A stretch of DNA of 64,000 nucleotides. Source: Ginglymostoma cirratum (taxonomy: Eukaryota). Below are positions 25,700 to 38,638 of this stretch, piece by piece. Made by a program: the position numbers and the translations under genes. The notes under the pieces are model-generated. The model ran no database searches. It worked only from the letters and a program-made list of their open reading frames with translations, and was not told the DNA's origin. The number at the start of each line of letters is the position of its first letter. The first letter of the stretch is position 1. Location of the stretch: assembly GCA_024137785.1 (NCBI GenBank), contig JAHRHZ010000061.1:4746085-4810084 (forward strand), in the 5' to 3' direction.

Positions 25700-27947
25700 G
25701 ACATAGCTAGTAGAATGGGCCTGTTGCAGGTGGGGAGAGAGAAACCTAATAGACCTTGAGGTTGCTGACCATAGTGCCCACTCAGCTCGTTCCAATTGCT
25801 TGCATATGATCCACATCCCTCTAAACTCTTCCCATCCATGCCCCCCTATCCAAATGTTTTTTTAAAAATGTTGCTCTTGTACCTGCCTCAACCACTTTCT
25901 CTGACAGCCCATTCCATGAGGTGCCCCTCAGGTCCTCCTTAAATCTTTCCCCTCTCACCTTGAACATATACCCTCTAGTTTTTAATTTCCCATCTGTGGG
26001 GAAAAAGACTATATGCATTCATCCTACCTGTGCCTCTCATGATTTTATATGCCTCGATAAGGTCACCCCTCATTCTCCTATGTTCCAAGGAATAAAGTCT
26101 TGTCCTGGCCAATCTCGCCCTATAACTCAGGCCTACTAGTCTGAGCAACATCTTTGTAAATCTTCTTGGCACACTTTTCAGTTTAAGTATGTCTTTCCTA
26201 TAACATGGTGACCAAAACTGTACACAATACTCCAAGTGTGGTCTCATCAACAACAAATACAACTATAACATAATGTTCCAACTCCTATATTCAATGCCTC
26301 AGCCGATGAAGCCAGCCTTCTTCACCAGCCTATCTACCTGTGACACTGCTTTCAATGAATTATGTACTTGTAATTCTAAGTCCCTCTGTTCCACAACACT
26401 CCTCAGGACCTTTACCATTTACTGTGTAAGCCCTACCTTGGTTTGACTTTCCAATGTGCAGCAGCTCACATTTATCTGTACTGCATTGCATTTGCCAATC
26501 CTCAGCCCACTTCCCTATCTGATCAAGATCACTCTGTAATTTTTGATAACCTTCCTCGCTTTAAAGGATACCTCCTAATTTTGTCTCATCTGCAAACTTA
26601 CTAATCAAGCCTTGTAAATTCACATCCAGATCATTTATGTAAAGGACCCAGCACTGACCCTTATGGCACACCACTAGTCACAGGCCTCCAGTCCAAGAAA
26701 CCACCTACAACCATCACTCTCTGCTTCCTACCATCAAATCAATTTTGACTCCAATTAGCTAGTTCTCCCTGGATCCTATGCGACCCAGCCTTCATGACTA
26801 GCTTGCTCTGCAGGACCTTGTCTAAAGCCCATACAGACAACAACCACTGCCCTACCCTCATCTATCCCTCTTGGTTACCTCTTCGAAAAACTCTAAAAGA
26901 TTTGTCAGACATGACTTCCATGCACAAATCCATCCTTGACTATCCAAATGCTGGGTGATCCTCTCCCTCAGTATCCTCTGCAATAACCTGCCCATCAGTG
27001 ATGTCAGGCTCACTGGTCTGTAGTTCCCTGGCTTGTCTTTGCTACCTTTCTTAAACAAAGGAACATTAGCCATCCTCCAGTCTTCCAAAACTTACCAGCA
27101 GCTAAAGATGAAGCAAAAATCTCTGCAATTTCTAGCCTCCCACAAAGTCCGAGGACAGACTCGATCGGGCCCAGGGGATTTATCCCCTTTAATGCGCACT
27201 AAGGCTGCAAACATCTCCTCTCTGTAATATGTATGCAGTCCAAAACATCCTCGCTTGTTTCCCTTATTTCCTTAGCATCCATGATGAAGTAAATTTCATT
27301 GAAAATCTCCCCATCTCCTGTGACTCCACACGTAGACGGCTATGCTGATCTATAAGGGGAACTATTCTCTCCCTAGCCACCCTTTTACTCTTAATATAGC
27401 TATAGAACCTCTTGGGATTGTCTTTAACCTTATCTGGCAGATCCATCTCCTATCCTCTTTTTGCTCTTCTGATTTCCCTCTTAAGTGTGTACCTACACTC
27501 TTTTTTTTTTTTTTATGGTCATCTCGGGATTTACTTGAGCCTGATAGCTGAAACCCAATGTATGCCTTCTTCTTTTTCCTGACCAGACCCTCAATATCCC
27601 TAAACCTGCCAGCTTTTCCCTTCACCCTACCAGGAACGTACTGACCCTAGACTCTCAATATCACCCCTTTAAAAGCTTCCCATTTGCCAGTCGTTCCTTT
27701 TCCTTCAAACGACTCACCCAATCGACCACTGCTAGATCCTGCCTAATGGCCCCCAAATTATCCCTGCTCCAGTTCAGCATCCTAACCTGTGGCCCTGCCC
27801 TATCTTTTTCCATTACTATGTTAAAACTAAGACGGTTATGGTCACTGGGCCCAAAGTACTCTCCGACTGACACTTCAGTCACTTGCCCGACGTTGTTTCC
27901 AAGAGGAGGTCCAGTGTTGCACCCTCCCAATTAGGGCTCTCTACATA
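25700..27947 (-). mobile_element. CR1/HER1-type LINE, about 2.2 kb, frameshifted ORF2 (endonuclease end, RT, C-terminus)
   Basis: Minus ORFs with VGEYFGPSDH, DWRMANVPLFKKGSKDKPGNYRPVSLTS, KSCLTNLLEFFEEVT, RPHLEYCVQFWSP, RMRGDLIEAYKI. Confidence 0.95.
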
Positions 27948-27949
27948 CA

Positions 27950-28430
27950 TAGTCCTCACCAATCTACCTGCTGCAGATGCATATGTACATGAAATAATAG
28001 GTAGGAGTGACCATTGCATAGTTTATTTGAAGATAAAGTCCTATCTTCACCCTGAGTATTCTCTCTATAATGTTGTGTGGCACTACCACTGTGCTAAATC
28101 GGATAGATTCATAACATTATCAAGCAACTCAAATCTGGCATCTGAGAAGTGCTGTAGGCCATCAGCTGGAGCCTATTATATTCAACCATAATTTTTAACC
28201 TCATGACCTGACATCCCCACTGTACCATTACTATCCAGATAGGGGATCAACCTTGGTTAAGTGAGAGTGCAGGAGGGCATAGGAGAGGCTGCACCAGGTT
28301 CGGCTAAAAGTGAGGTGCCAACCTGGTGAAGCTACAGCTCAAGGTTACTTGTGTGCCAAAGAGCAGAAGCATGTAATAGATACAGTTTAGCAGATATGGG
28401 TGATTTATCTACTTTAGTACTGCCAGTCTC
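27950..28430 (+). mobile_element. LINE fragment of a second family (APE endonuclease C-terminus)
   Basis: ORF 27883-28191 contains LTNLPAADAYVHEIIGRSDHCIV...VVWHYH, an SDH endonuclease motif. Confidence 0.7.
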
Positions 28431-29367
28431 CTATGCCTCTTTGGAAAAGCCCATTTCATTAGGAAGCTCTTTGCTTAGCAAATGTCAGTGAAAATTGACT
28501 TCAATTTTATAACTCTTTGTATACATTCTGTAGTTGTATTGACATGTTCTATTAAATTGGCTAAAGATATTGTTACCTTTTTGAGTCTTTTGTTGTCCAT
28601 TACAATTAAATCCTCTCCTCTACCATTTAATCAGTACCTGAATTTGATATACTGATCTCCCCTTCCTCAAATGCTTATGTTAAAGATGTAGTAGACTCTC
28701 CGCACCATCATGGCATACCTCTCACTTGCTCACAATACAGTGTTGCACTGCAGTGCTTTACTTTGGGTCACATTTGCACTTTTCATTGCTAGACTGCTTT
28801 TAATGATAACTTGTGCACAGGTACAGGCCACCCATCTCATGGAGTTGACCAAGGTGAATATAGGATTTCTCACTTTCCTAATGCTAATGCACGTTGCTTG
28901 GATGCTCACAGCATCTCTGTCTTGCCTTACCTTTTAACAGAGACACAATGCCAGCTTGTCATAATTGCAACCCCTGACACTTGCGATGTGGTCAATCCAA
29001 ATTCAGTAGCTAAAATTAATAACCTAAAGTAGAAAGATGTCACAAGTAGTCCTCCCAATAATTTCTATCTCATAGGCTGAATGTTATAGCATTATTTTAT
29101 AAGACAAAGCCTTTTTATTTTAATTGCTATTCACTTTCTCACATGCTATGTAACAGAATGCACTCATGGTTCAGTTCATGACATGAGTGCTAGTATACAT
29201 GAATATTCCTTCCACATCTATATTTGTTTTAACAATTGTTCACTTTAAAAATAATAGAATCTTGCCTTAGATATTCTCTTGAGTACAGTGCTGCTGGTTG
29301 ATGATTTTAATGTTCAAAGCATTGTGTGCATTTTCTGGCATGTCAGCACAGCCTAATATCTAACCTA

Positions 29368-29456
29368 AAGGTAAAGCTGCCATATTCCAAAGGTCCATAG
29401 GGCTACTTTCTCATCAGAGAGAGATGACTGATGGTGGGTTAACGTGAGGGTCACCT
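29368..29456 (-). mobile_element. 3' fragment of the tRNA-type SINE seen at 52.0 kb
   Basis: Reverse complement ggtgaccctcacgttaa...gagaaagtagccctatgg matches 52130-52165. Confidence 0.65.
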
Positions 29457-30045
29457 GTGACAATCCTATGACTTTAAGAGGTGTATTTTGTCCTGTTTGT
29501 TTTTATGAAGAAAGTTTGAGACAGAGGTACGGAGCAGCTTGTTCCAATCTAATAAAGTAAACAGCTTGTGATGCCTTGGGTCTTTTTTAACAGTTGAAAC
29601 AATAGAAACAGCATGAAGGGGAAGGGTCAAGTCCCACAGAACCAGGATTATCGTTTAACTTTCAGTCATTATTGGGGTCTTGAAACTGGATTTGGAAACT
29701 TTTTATTCCTCTCTTTGTTACAGCTAAAAGCTGGGTTCTCTTCCTGCTGCTAGAATTGTGTGTGACACAATCTGTTAATTAATTTATCTTTGCCAAGAGT
29801 GCATTAATGGGAGAATACACATTGGAACAGTTGCTGTTTGGTAGTTTAAGTAATCTATTATTCTGTTAAGATTTCCCATAGAGTTAAGTTATTCCAATTC
29901 TTCTTTCTTTTGTTTGTATTTTAACAAAGTGTAAGAATAAAGTTTGTTTTCCATCAAGGATGGCAGTTTGACTAAGTGAATTGCATCCGGAACACACAGC
30001 CTCCCAGTTGCCTTTGAAAATAAGAAGAAGTACCCTCTAGAACAT
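29457..30045 (+). mobile_element. Probable LTR-like insert (3' boundary uncertain)
   Basis: Starts abruptly with TGTGACA where the SINE fragment breaks off; AATAAA near 29936; no coding signal. Confidence 0.4.
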
Positions 30046-31156
30046 TTGCAAATTATTTTGAATCTATGATCACTTGTCATTGACCACACACCAAAAGAAA
30101 TCATTTTTTCCTCTATCCACTAAGTGGTGGTCATCTTCAAAATGTCTATTAGAAAGCATTATTATCTTGTCTGTTCAAAGAGAACAGTCCTAAATTTTCA
30201 AACTTCTCCTCATGACTGAAGTTCCTGGTAACATTTTGGTATTTCTCCTCTGTACCCTTTTCTTTGTATCTGATCTGAGACCCAAACAACCTTCCTCAAT
30301 TGTCACACCTAGACTTGTCCACAATTCTTCAGCAGTGTCCTAATCTATGATTTATAATCTTCTAGAATGAACATGTTGCTTTTATATTCTGTTCTTCCAT
30401 GTGCAAATGCAAGGAACCCAAACTTGTTTTTGTTTTTAGCCACATTATCTAATGACCTTCCAGATTTGAGATTTTTCTTTGTGTGTGGCAAAACATTTTT
30501 GCTTACAGAGACATTTCAAAGTTATGGTGTTTGTAGGTCATTGTCTTTCAAAATTAGTCATCCCTAAAAGTGCATCATTTCAAAGTTTTCCACACTAATA
30601 ATGCTTCTGCCCTTTTTTCCCATGCTGTCTGTGCCATCTACTAACTGTCTTCAAAATGAACTATTATTTAGACAAGTTCTGTGTCATCGGTAAACTTATT
30701 GCTCCCTGCGACTGCATGGAGCTCATTTTTAATAATTGGAAAAGGTAATGGAACAAGGCTAATTTCCTTTGGTGTCTAGTAACAACCCCACCACCAATGT
30801 CAAATGTCTGATCAGTAGTTTCCTTGTTTGTCCCTAAACCTTTCTTTTATATGACATTAGGAATCTTCCAGTTCAACGAGAATTGTAAGTGTGACCAGTG
30901 CCTGCGCTGTTTCTACCTTTTTGCTTCTTTCAACAATCTTAGATGCATCGTGTAGAGCTTTGTAAACTTATGAATACGTTTCATGGAATACTATATGTAA
31001 TTCCAATAGAATCTATTTAAAGAGATAATGAACAATTAAACTCAATAGTATTTCAATGCACTAATATATTAGCAAATCAAATATTTCTGTCAATAAACCT
31101 CAAGTCATTTTCAAGAAGGATGAATTTGTATCTGACTTCCTTCTTATCCCTTGCAG

Positions 31157-31297
31157 ACCATCATGTGCCAACTACTGACACTCCTAATGTCTTCAATTTA
31201 ATCTCAGAACATAAACTGCCGATCACTGACACCCCTAATGTATTCAAACCAATCTTAGAATCTGAACCTGCAGAGATAGCAGAGAAAGAACTGACAG
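31157..31297 (+). CDS. Repeat exon A1, 141 bp, DHHVPTTDTPNVFNLISEHKLPITDTPNVFKPILESEPAEIAEKELT
   Basis: ttccttcttatcccttgcag acceptor, ACAG|gtattt donor, 47 codons. Confidence 0.9.
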
Positions 31298-32090
31298 GTA
31301 TTTCTGAGACTAATTCTGCCTGGATCATGAACTCTCGAATGGAATAAGTAATAAGAGATGCATGTTGAGTTATGTGTTAATGCAAAAGAAGATTCTGACA
31401 CGTGCTGTGGGTGCTATGCCTCACTTTTACCATTAAATATGTGTGATAGTCAGTACATTGCCTCGCATGCAACTCATTCAGTGTTGTAGCAAATGAAATA
31501 GGTAATGCACTGAAATTTAGGCATTTTGCATATTCTTTGGTCGACACCTTATTTCATGAAGCTTTGTGGATGTGCTTGGCGTGAGGGAGACTTTCAAGCT
31601 GCACTGTCACAATGTTTGTTGGATGGTAATTAGCTTTATGTGGTGGAAGCAATGATACTGCATGGGGTATCTGTTTTCGTATCTATCACATGAACCGTTA
31701 TGGAAGACAATTGTTGCACAGAACACATAGATTATGCAAATCACTGTGCATTTCTTTTCACTTCTGGATTATTTGTTCAGCATGCTATTTCCCAAGGTTT
31801 AAAGACTTTGTTTTGCTCTAAAGTGTCTGTTAATCTGTCATCATGTATTGTTGCGTTGTTTGGATAATAGTTCGTTTTTACATCACGGAGTGATTTTTTT
31901 GCTGAATTGAGTGTCTGTTAGCATATTGGTATTTATATGAATTGTTTTGAAGGAAGTTGAATTAATTGCTTTATGCACTGAGTATAATTTATCATTTGGT
32001 TTAGTACCAAAAGTAAAAAGAATATGTACAACATTTGGTTACTTGGAAGGAATTAAATGGTTATTATAATGGTGTGACATTGCAGAAGTT

Positions 32091-32185
32091 TTCTGAAGAA
32101 GGGCCTAGACCCGAAACGTCAGCTTTTATGCTCCTCTGATGCTGCTTGGCCTGCTGTCTTCATCCAGCTCTACACCTTATTATCT
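32091..32185 (+). mobile_element. 95 bp Penelope-type insert with intact minimal hammerhead core and 8 bp target-site duplication
   Basis: CTGAAGA-AGGGCCTAGACCC-GAAACGTC at 32093-32120; cagaagtt at 32083-32090 and 32186-32193; absent from the homologous introns. Confidence 0.75.
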
Positions 32186-32293
32186 CAGAAGTTCTAAAGT
32201 GATGTCCACAAGTATAGTAATATTAATTAAGGCAATACAATTTTCATTAGAGGTTAAGAATTTCATGACTGGCTTCCTTTTTATCCACAGCAG

Positions 32294-32428
32294 ACCGTGA
32301 GGTGCCCACCTCTCACAATGTGTTCACTTTAATCTCAAATCGTGAGCTGCCAATCACTGACTCCTCATATATGCTCAATTCAGTATCAGAATCTGACCCT
32401 GCTAAGATAGGAGAGGATGAACTTACAG
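32294..32428 (+). CDS. Repeat exon B1, 135 bp, DREVPTSHNVFTLISNRELPITDSSYMLNSVSESDPAKIGEDELT
   Basis: cagcag acceptor, ACAG|gtactt donor; 6 nt in-frame deletion relative to 141 bp. Confidence 0.9.
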
Positions 32429-33389
32429 GTACTTTCACTAATATGTGTATTTGGCATGTGCAAAGTAATAGGCTAAACAATAAAGTAATGTTTGAAGATT
32501 GTGCTACCATACCAGACAGTTCGGGCAAAATCTGTGAATGCTGTTCAACATTTTTGCAGTCAAATCAGTGTTTGGTTTAGTCTTGTGTGAAACCCATTCA
32601 CTGCAGTGTAAAGTATATGTTTCCTTATATGGAAGTGCCTCAATCCTCACAACATTCTGGTATTTCTCCTTTGAAACTTTAAAACCCTTTTAAAGCTCTT
32701 CTCCAGTTTCATGCCCAGAATTGACTACAATACTTTAGCAGAGGGTTATTCAGTGCATTTTAATGTTCCCTTTACATTTATGTCTTATTTGTCTTTGTAT
32801 AAATCCAAGTAATCAAAATGCTATTTTAACAAGTTTATTAGCTGGCTTTTCAGATTTAAGAATTTATATGTATAGGTGGTAGGTCTTTTGCTTATTCGAC
32901 ATGTTTCAATGTTATATTATTTAAAACATAAAGTCGTTCAAAATTGGATCAAAATATGTCAGATCACTATTCTAAGCACCCACAATATGTCTGCCATTTC
33001 ACCACTCTGTCATTTTGCACCAATGCATGTTCTCAGCATGATCTATTCTTTTGTCAAGTTTTGTTCCATCAATAAACATTTTAACATTGCTCATGTATAA
33101 CAATTGGAAAGAGTAATGGACACAAAACTGACCCTTGGGTAACACCACTGAAAACCAAATCCCAGACTGTGAAACATTCACCTACAATCACCTACTGCTT
33201 TACAGCACTTTCTATCCATATCACTTCTGCATTTTTAATTCCATTGACTTTCATCTCAACAGACCCCTTGAATGGCACTTCGCTGAATGCCTTGGGAAAT
33301 TCCAGACATGCATCTACTTCGTTAACTTGGCCAGTCTTCTCGTTTACCACATTGAACAAGCCAGTTACTTTGGACACAGTTAGCCCTTA

Positions 33390-34204
33390 AAAAAACAAAA
33401 ACAAAGTTGCTGGAAAAGCTCAGCAGGTCTGGCAGCATCTGTGGAGGGGAAAACAGAGTTAGCGTTTCTGGTCCGGTGACCCTTCTTCAGAACCTTCGGG
33501 TCACCAGGCCCGAAACGTTAACTCTGTTTTCTCCTCCACAGATGCTGCCAGAGTTAACGTTTCGGGTCCGGTGACCCTTCCTCAGAACAGTTCTCTGTTT
33601 TCTCCTCCACAGATGCTGCCAGACCTGCTGAGCTNNNNNNNNNNNNNNNNNNNNNNNNNNNNNNNNNNNNNNNNNNNNNNNNNNNNNNNNNNNNNNNNNN
33701 NNNNNNNNNNNNNNNNNNNNNNNNNNNNNNNNNNNNNNNNNNNNNNNNNNNNNNNNNNNNNNNNNNNNNNNNNNNNNNNNNNNNNNNNNNNNNNNNNNNN
33801 NNNNNNNNNNNNNNNNNNNNNNNNNNNNNNNNNNNNNNNNNNNNNNNNNNNNNNNNNNNNNNNNNNNNNNNNNNNNNNNNNNNNNNNNNNNNNNNNNNNN
33901 NNNNNNNNNNNNNNNNNNNNNNNNNNNNNNNNNNNNNNNNNNNNNNNNNNNNNNNNNNNNNNNNNNNNNNNNNNNNNNNNNNNNNNNNNNNNNNNNNNNN
34001 NNNNNNNNNNNNNNNNNNNNNNNNNNNNNNNNNNCAGAGTTAACGTTTCAGGCCTGGTGACCCGAAGGTTCTGAAGAAGGGTCACCGGACCAGAAACGCT
34101 AACTCTGTTTTCTCCTCCACAGATGCTGCCAGACCTGCTGAGCTTTTCCAGCAACTTTGTTTTTGTTCCTGATTTACAGCATCCGCAGTTCTTTTGGTTT
34201 TTAT
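33390..34204. mobile_element. Multi-arm palindromic Penelope-type insert spanning a gap
   Basis: Arms near 33400-33550 and 34036-34165 are reverse complements; ttagccctt(t)aaaaa on both flanks; minus 33553-33586 reads CTGAGGA-AGGGTCACCGGACCC-GAAACGTT. Confidence 0.8.
33635..34034. other. Assembly gap (400 N)
   Basis: Run of N. Confidence 1.
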
Positions 34205-35954
34205 TTAGCCCTTTAAAAAGTTGTGTTGGATCTTCTTGCTTCACTGATGCATTTCCAAATGAAAGCCTATTTTGTCCTTATTAATGGCTCTCAGTAAGTT
34301 TTCCACCTGATGTTAGGCTGGCTGCTGTTTAATTTGCTAATATCTTTCTAATCCTTTCTTGAGTATAAATTAGCAATCATCCAGTCTTCTGACACTAGTC
34401 CTGTGTGCAATGAGAGTTGCAAGATTGTGACCCACTGCCTGAGAGATTTCTACATTTGGCCTCTTTTCAACAATCTCTCAGGCATTAGGCAGACTTTAAT
34501 ATTATGTATAATATATTACTAGCCACAAAATGTAATTGCATTAGAATTCTATCATGCCTCACTGAGGTAGTGCATTGGAAATTAAGCCCCACTATGCTCA
34601 GTGAACCATCCACTGCAGGCTGCATTCCCTGCTGATACTAAATTAAGCTGAAAAACAGCTGGGACAATGTCCAGGGTGAGTGAAGTCAGTGTCAATTTGA
34701 AGGGCGAAAGTGCAGGATTCATATCTAGACACTAAGACGTTGCATGGACAAATACTTTCTTGCAAACTCCAGGTACATTTAATTTGCAATAATTCCTTAA
34801 CCCATGTACAATGCATGCAGAGTGAACAGGCTTAGGTGACAAATGCTGATTAAAAGCAGATTGCACCAACCCATTGGTAATTGGGGATCTAATGTTGGCA
34901 ATGACTTAAAATAAGCCAACTGCTGGCCAAAACGTCCTTCACTTGTGAAACTTCTAAAATTGCTGTGGGATGAGGGGAACATCGCTGTGGTCATATCTCA
35001 TTGATGTACAATGATGAACAGTATTGATTTAAATGATTGTGGGTCTGGGATGGGAAATGGGCCAGACTGCAGCAGGCACTGTAATATGTTGGTCAGTCAG
35101 CTGGGCCCTCCAATATAATGCGAACAGAGCAAGTCACACTGTCATGTCATGTGTATTCTGCATGATCTGTGCAGGGAATGAAGCAATGTAATAGATGCTG
35201 AGGAACTATGGGAGCAGATGTAGTGTCTGAGGAGAAGGATGAGGATATTGAGCTACAGCAAGCTTTCCTTATTGATAACAGGTTAGCTGAGTTGGGCACG
35301 ACAAAGCAGAATAGAGCTGATTGACTCCAGGTTCTAAACAATAAGAGCTGGGTACAGAAGACGATCCTGGATTGGTCATAGTGTCACCATTTGGTTCACT
35401 TTTGTTGGCTGTCAATACAAGTTCATGTTTGGAATTGTCTGATTTGCTTGTATGTGATGTTCCCTTACTGGTTAGTGACATGTTGCTGGTCTCCAGTAGA
35501 CACTGGGGACAGAGTAGCAGACTCGGAATGTAATAATTGGGATGTAGCTAAAGACAGGTAAACTGTGCAGCCTGGTTGTTAAATGGTGACTAAGACAAGA
35601 GGATAGGATCGTATTTGAGATGTCTATGTGAGCAGAATGGTCTTATGACTGTTGTGTCATTACCTTGCCAGTCAGAGGTAATGCAAAATTGCCAATGCAA
35701 CCTTTTAAAGAAGAGTTGGGTGTGAGGGCACCGGTCTTTCAGCAGTTTTCTGATGGATGGTGAGTTGTTCTGGGAATGGCACGTCACAAGATGGGTTAAA
35801 ATTGGGTGGGTTGGCTAGGTAGTTAATAAGCCACTTTTGATAAGATACAGCAAGAAATCTCATGAACTCTCAGTGAGAATCCCTCCAAAAATCTCGGTAT
35901 AATTTGTGCTTAACCAAAAAAACATATGATCCAGCTCAACATGTATTGAATGGA

Positions 35955-35955
<1 letters not shown>

Positions 35956-35986
<31 letters not shown>
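35956..35986. repeat. (TG)n microsatellite
   Basis: About 15 units. Confidence 0.97.
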
Positions 35987-35987
<1 letters not shown>

Positions 35988-36144
35988 CTTATTTAACTTT
36001 AAAATGTATTTAATAATTATCATGCTGACAGAATAGTGCAACAGTGCTTCATTGATGCCCAGAAATATAACTACATGCATCAAAAAAAGGGATTACTTTC
36101 ACCAGAAATTAAGATTTTGTAAATGGATCCTTTCTTATCCTTAG

Positions 36145-36276
36145 AAAACCATAAGATGCCAATCTCTGACAATATACTCAGTCCACTCTCACACTATGAG
36201 CTGCCAGTCACTGACTCTCTGCATGTCATCAGTTCAATCCCTGAACCTGCTATGATAGGGAAGGATGAATTTACAG
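36145..36276 (+). CDS. Repeat exon B2, 132 bp, ENHKMPISDNILSPLSHYELPVTDSLHVISSIPEPAMIGKDEFT
   Basis: cttatccttag acceptor (second AG of the NAGNAG mutated to AA), ACAG|gtactt donor, 44 codons. Confidence 0.8.
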
Positions 36277-37465
36277 GTACTTCTAACAATACTTTTGGTT
36301 TTTTTTTGCTGTGGATAAAGCAATGGAATAAACAGTATAAGTGTGTCAAGGGTTGTGCTGCAAAAGCCAGTAGGGAGTACATTGCAGATTCTATGCCACA
36401 CTTTTACAGTTACATGAATGGTTTAGTTGTGTATGCAATACGCTGTTTGACATTGTATAAATATATGAAGAGCCCTAACTGCTGCATTTCTTGTGGGTGT
36501 TACATAATTTGCTCATCTGTTTTGGATTATTTGATTAGCACGCTCATTGTATGAAGTTTAGGCCCCAGATTTAAGGAGGATTGTAAGGTCTTGGGGTGAG
36601 TGGAGAATAAATTCATTAGAATGGTATCAGGGATGAAGCATTGTGGAGAGGCTGGAGATGCTAGGATGAGTTTTCTTAGGAAAAAAGTGAAAGGAAAATG
36701 GAACACTTACATTCAAAAGTCTGAGCATTTGGTATACATAGGGAGAAACATTTAACTCTGACATGGAAGTTGGTTAACAAAGGACTCCGGTTTCAGATTT
36801 CAGTTGAAATAGAGTTGACAAGAATTTTTCCACATACCTCTGTCTTATGATCTGCTTTGCTGCCTGAGCCAACTCCCGTTTAAAGTTCTCAAATGCATTT
36901 GGAAATTTCAGATATACATCTCCGACACTGCCTTCACCAATCCTTTTTGGTTACCTCATCACAATGCTATTCAGTTAGTCGGGCATAATTAGTATTTTAA
37001 AAAGGTGATGTTGGAGTTTCTTTGTTCCTCCTTTGGTTTCAAAATGAAAGTTTACTTTTTTACTTATTAGTGGTTTTCAGTAACTCCCATCACTGTTCTG
37101 TAGTCTTCTAGTTTCTCCTTAAACTTTTCTCGAATATAACTTTAGTGAACATGCAGTGTCCTAACACAAACTTTGATCCACTATGGATTGAAAGATTGTG
37201 ACCATTGCCAGTGCTGTTTCATCCTTTGATTCATTCAGTTATCTCAGAAGCATTATGTAGAGTTTATTATTTATGAAGTATGAATTAGACACAAAATGTG
37301 TAACTACACTGGAATCCTATTAAATGCTAATAAAAAAAAATAGACCTGTTGTGTTTCAGTATCATAGTAGGGTTAGGTTTAGGCTGAGTGTGAATCAAAA
37401 ATATTCATCAATAAATCTCTGGAGTTATTTTCAAGAGACATTATATTCCCTCTTCCCCCCTGCAG

Positions 37466-37606
37466 GCCATCATGTACCAACTCCTGACACTCCTAATGTC
37501 TTCAATTTAATCTCAGAATATAAACTGCCTGTCACTGACACCCCTAATATATTCAAACCAATTCTAGAATCTGAGCCTGCAGACATAACGGAGAAAGAAG
37601 AAACAG
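37466..37606 (+). CDS. Repeat exon A2, 141 bp, GHHVPTPDTPNVFNLISEYKLPVTDTPNIFKPILESEPADITEKEET
   Basis: cccctgcag acceptor, ACAG|gtattt donor. Confidence 0.9.
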
Positions 37607-38497
37607 GTATTTCTGATACTATTATTCTACCTGGAACATGAACTCATGAATAGAGTAAATAAAAATAGATGAATGTTGATATTTGTATTAATGCAAGATT
37701 CTGATACATGCTGTAGGTGCTATGGCGCACTTTTACAATTAAATAAGTTCGATAGTATATTGAGTCACATACAGTTCAGTGTTGTGGCACAGAACATGAA
37801 ATGAGCAATCTTCTGCCTACCTCCTGGATCATATGTATCTTACTTCCTTTTATTGGATTTTTTTGTCAACATTGATATTTAATTGAGCTTTCAAGCTCAG
37901 CTTAACTAGAAACTATTAACCCATCAAGACTGTGTACTATTTTATTGAATGAGTTTGGTTTATATGGTGGCAGCAGTATTGCTACACGGACTATCCGTTA
38001 TTATATCACATTGTTATGAATGTTTGCAAGGCATTTATTCTAATTGCATAAAGTGCAAAAAATGAGCAAGGTACTACATTTCATGGAGATTAAGATTTTT
38101 TTGTTTATCACGGTGGTTTATTTGGTCAAAATACTTGATCTCAAAGTTTAGAGAGTGCTATAAAGTAAACACATTCACTATGGTGTGAACTTTAATGGAT
38201 AACAATTAATGTTTACGGAGTGGAAGCGATGTTTGTGCATTGAGTGTCTGTTGCTATTTCAGTGTTGTATGAATCTTTTTCAATAATGCTGAGTGAATTA
38301 ATGCACAGTTAAATTGAATATTCAATGAAATGTATTGTGTGCTGTATTTGATTAGTTTTAACTGTGTTTAATGACTATAATAAAAGAATACTACAACATT
38401 GTTCAGGAATACAACTATGTTCCTCAAACTAGTACAGAGATTGTTTTCACTATTGATTAAGAATCTTGTATTTGGATTCCTTCATTATCCCCAGCAG

Positions 38498-38638
38498 ACC
38501 ATGAGATGTCAACCTCTGACACTCGCAATGCATTCAGTTCAATCTCAGACTATGAACTACCAGTTACTGATTCTCCACATGTGCTCCATCCAGTGCCACA
38601 ACCTGATCCTGCTAAGATAGGGATGGATGAATTTACAG
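38498..38638 (+). CDS. Repeat exon B3, 141 bp, DHEMSTSDTRNAFSSISDYELPVTDSPHVLHPVPQPDPAKIGMDEFT
   Basis: ccagcag acceptor, ACAG|gtactt donor. Confidence 0.9.

Noticed and set aside
33571-34244. Long ORFs spanning N runs (also 10676-10953)
   Set aside because: Artefacts of assembly gaps.
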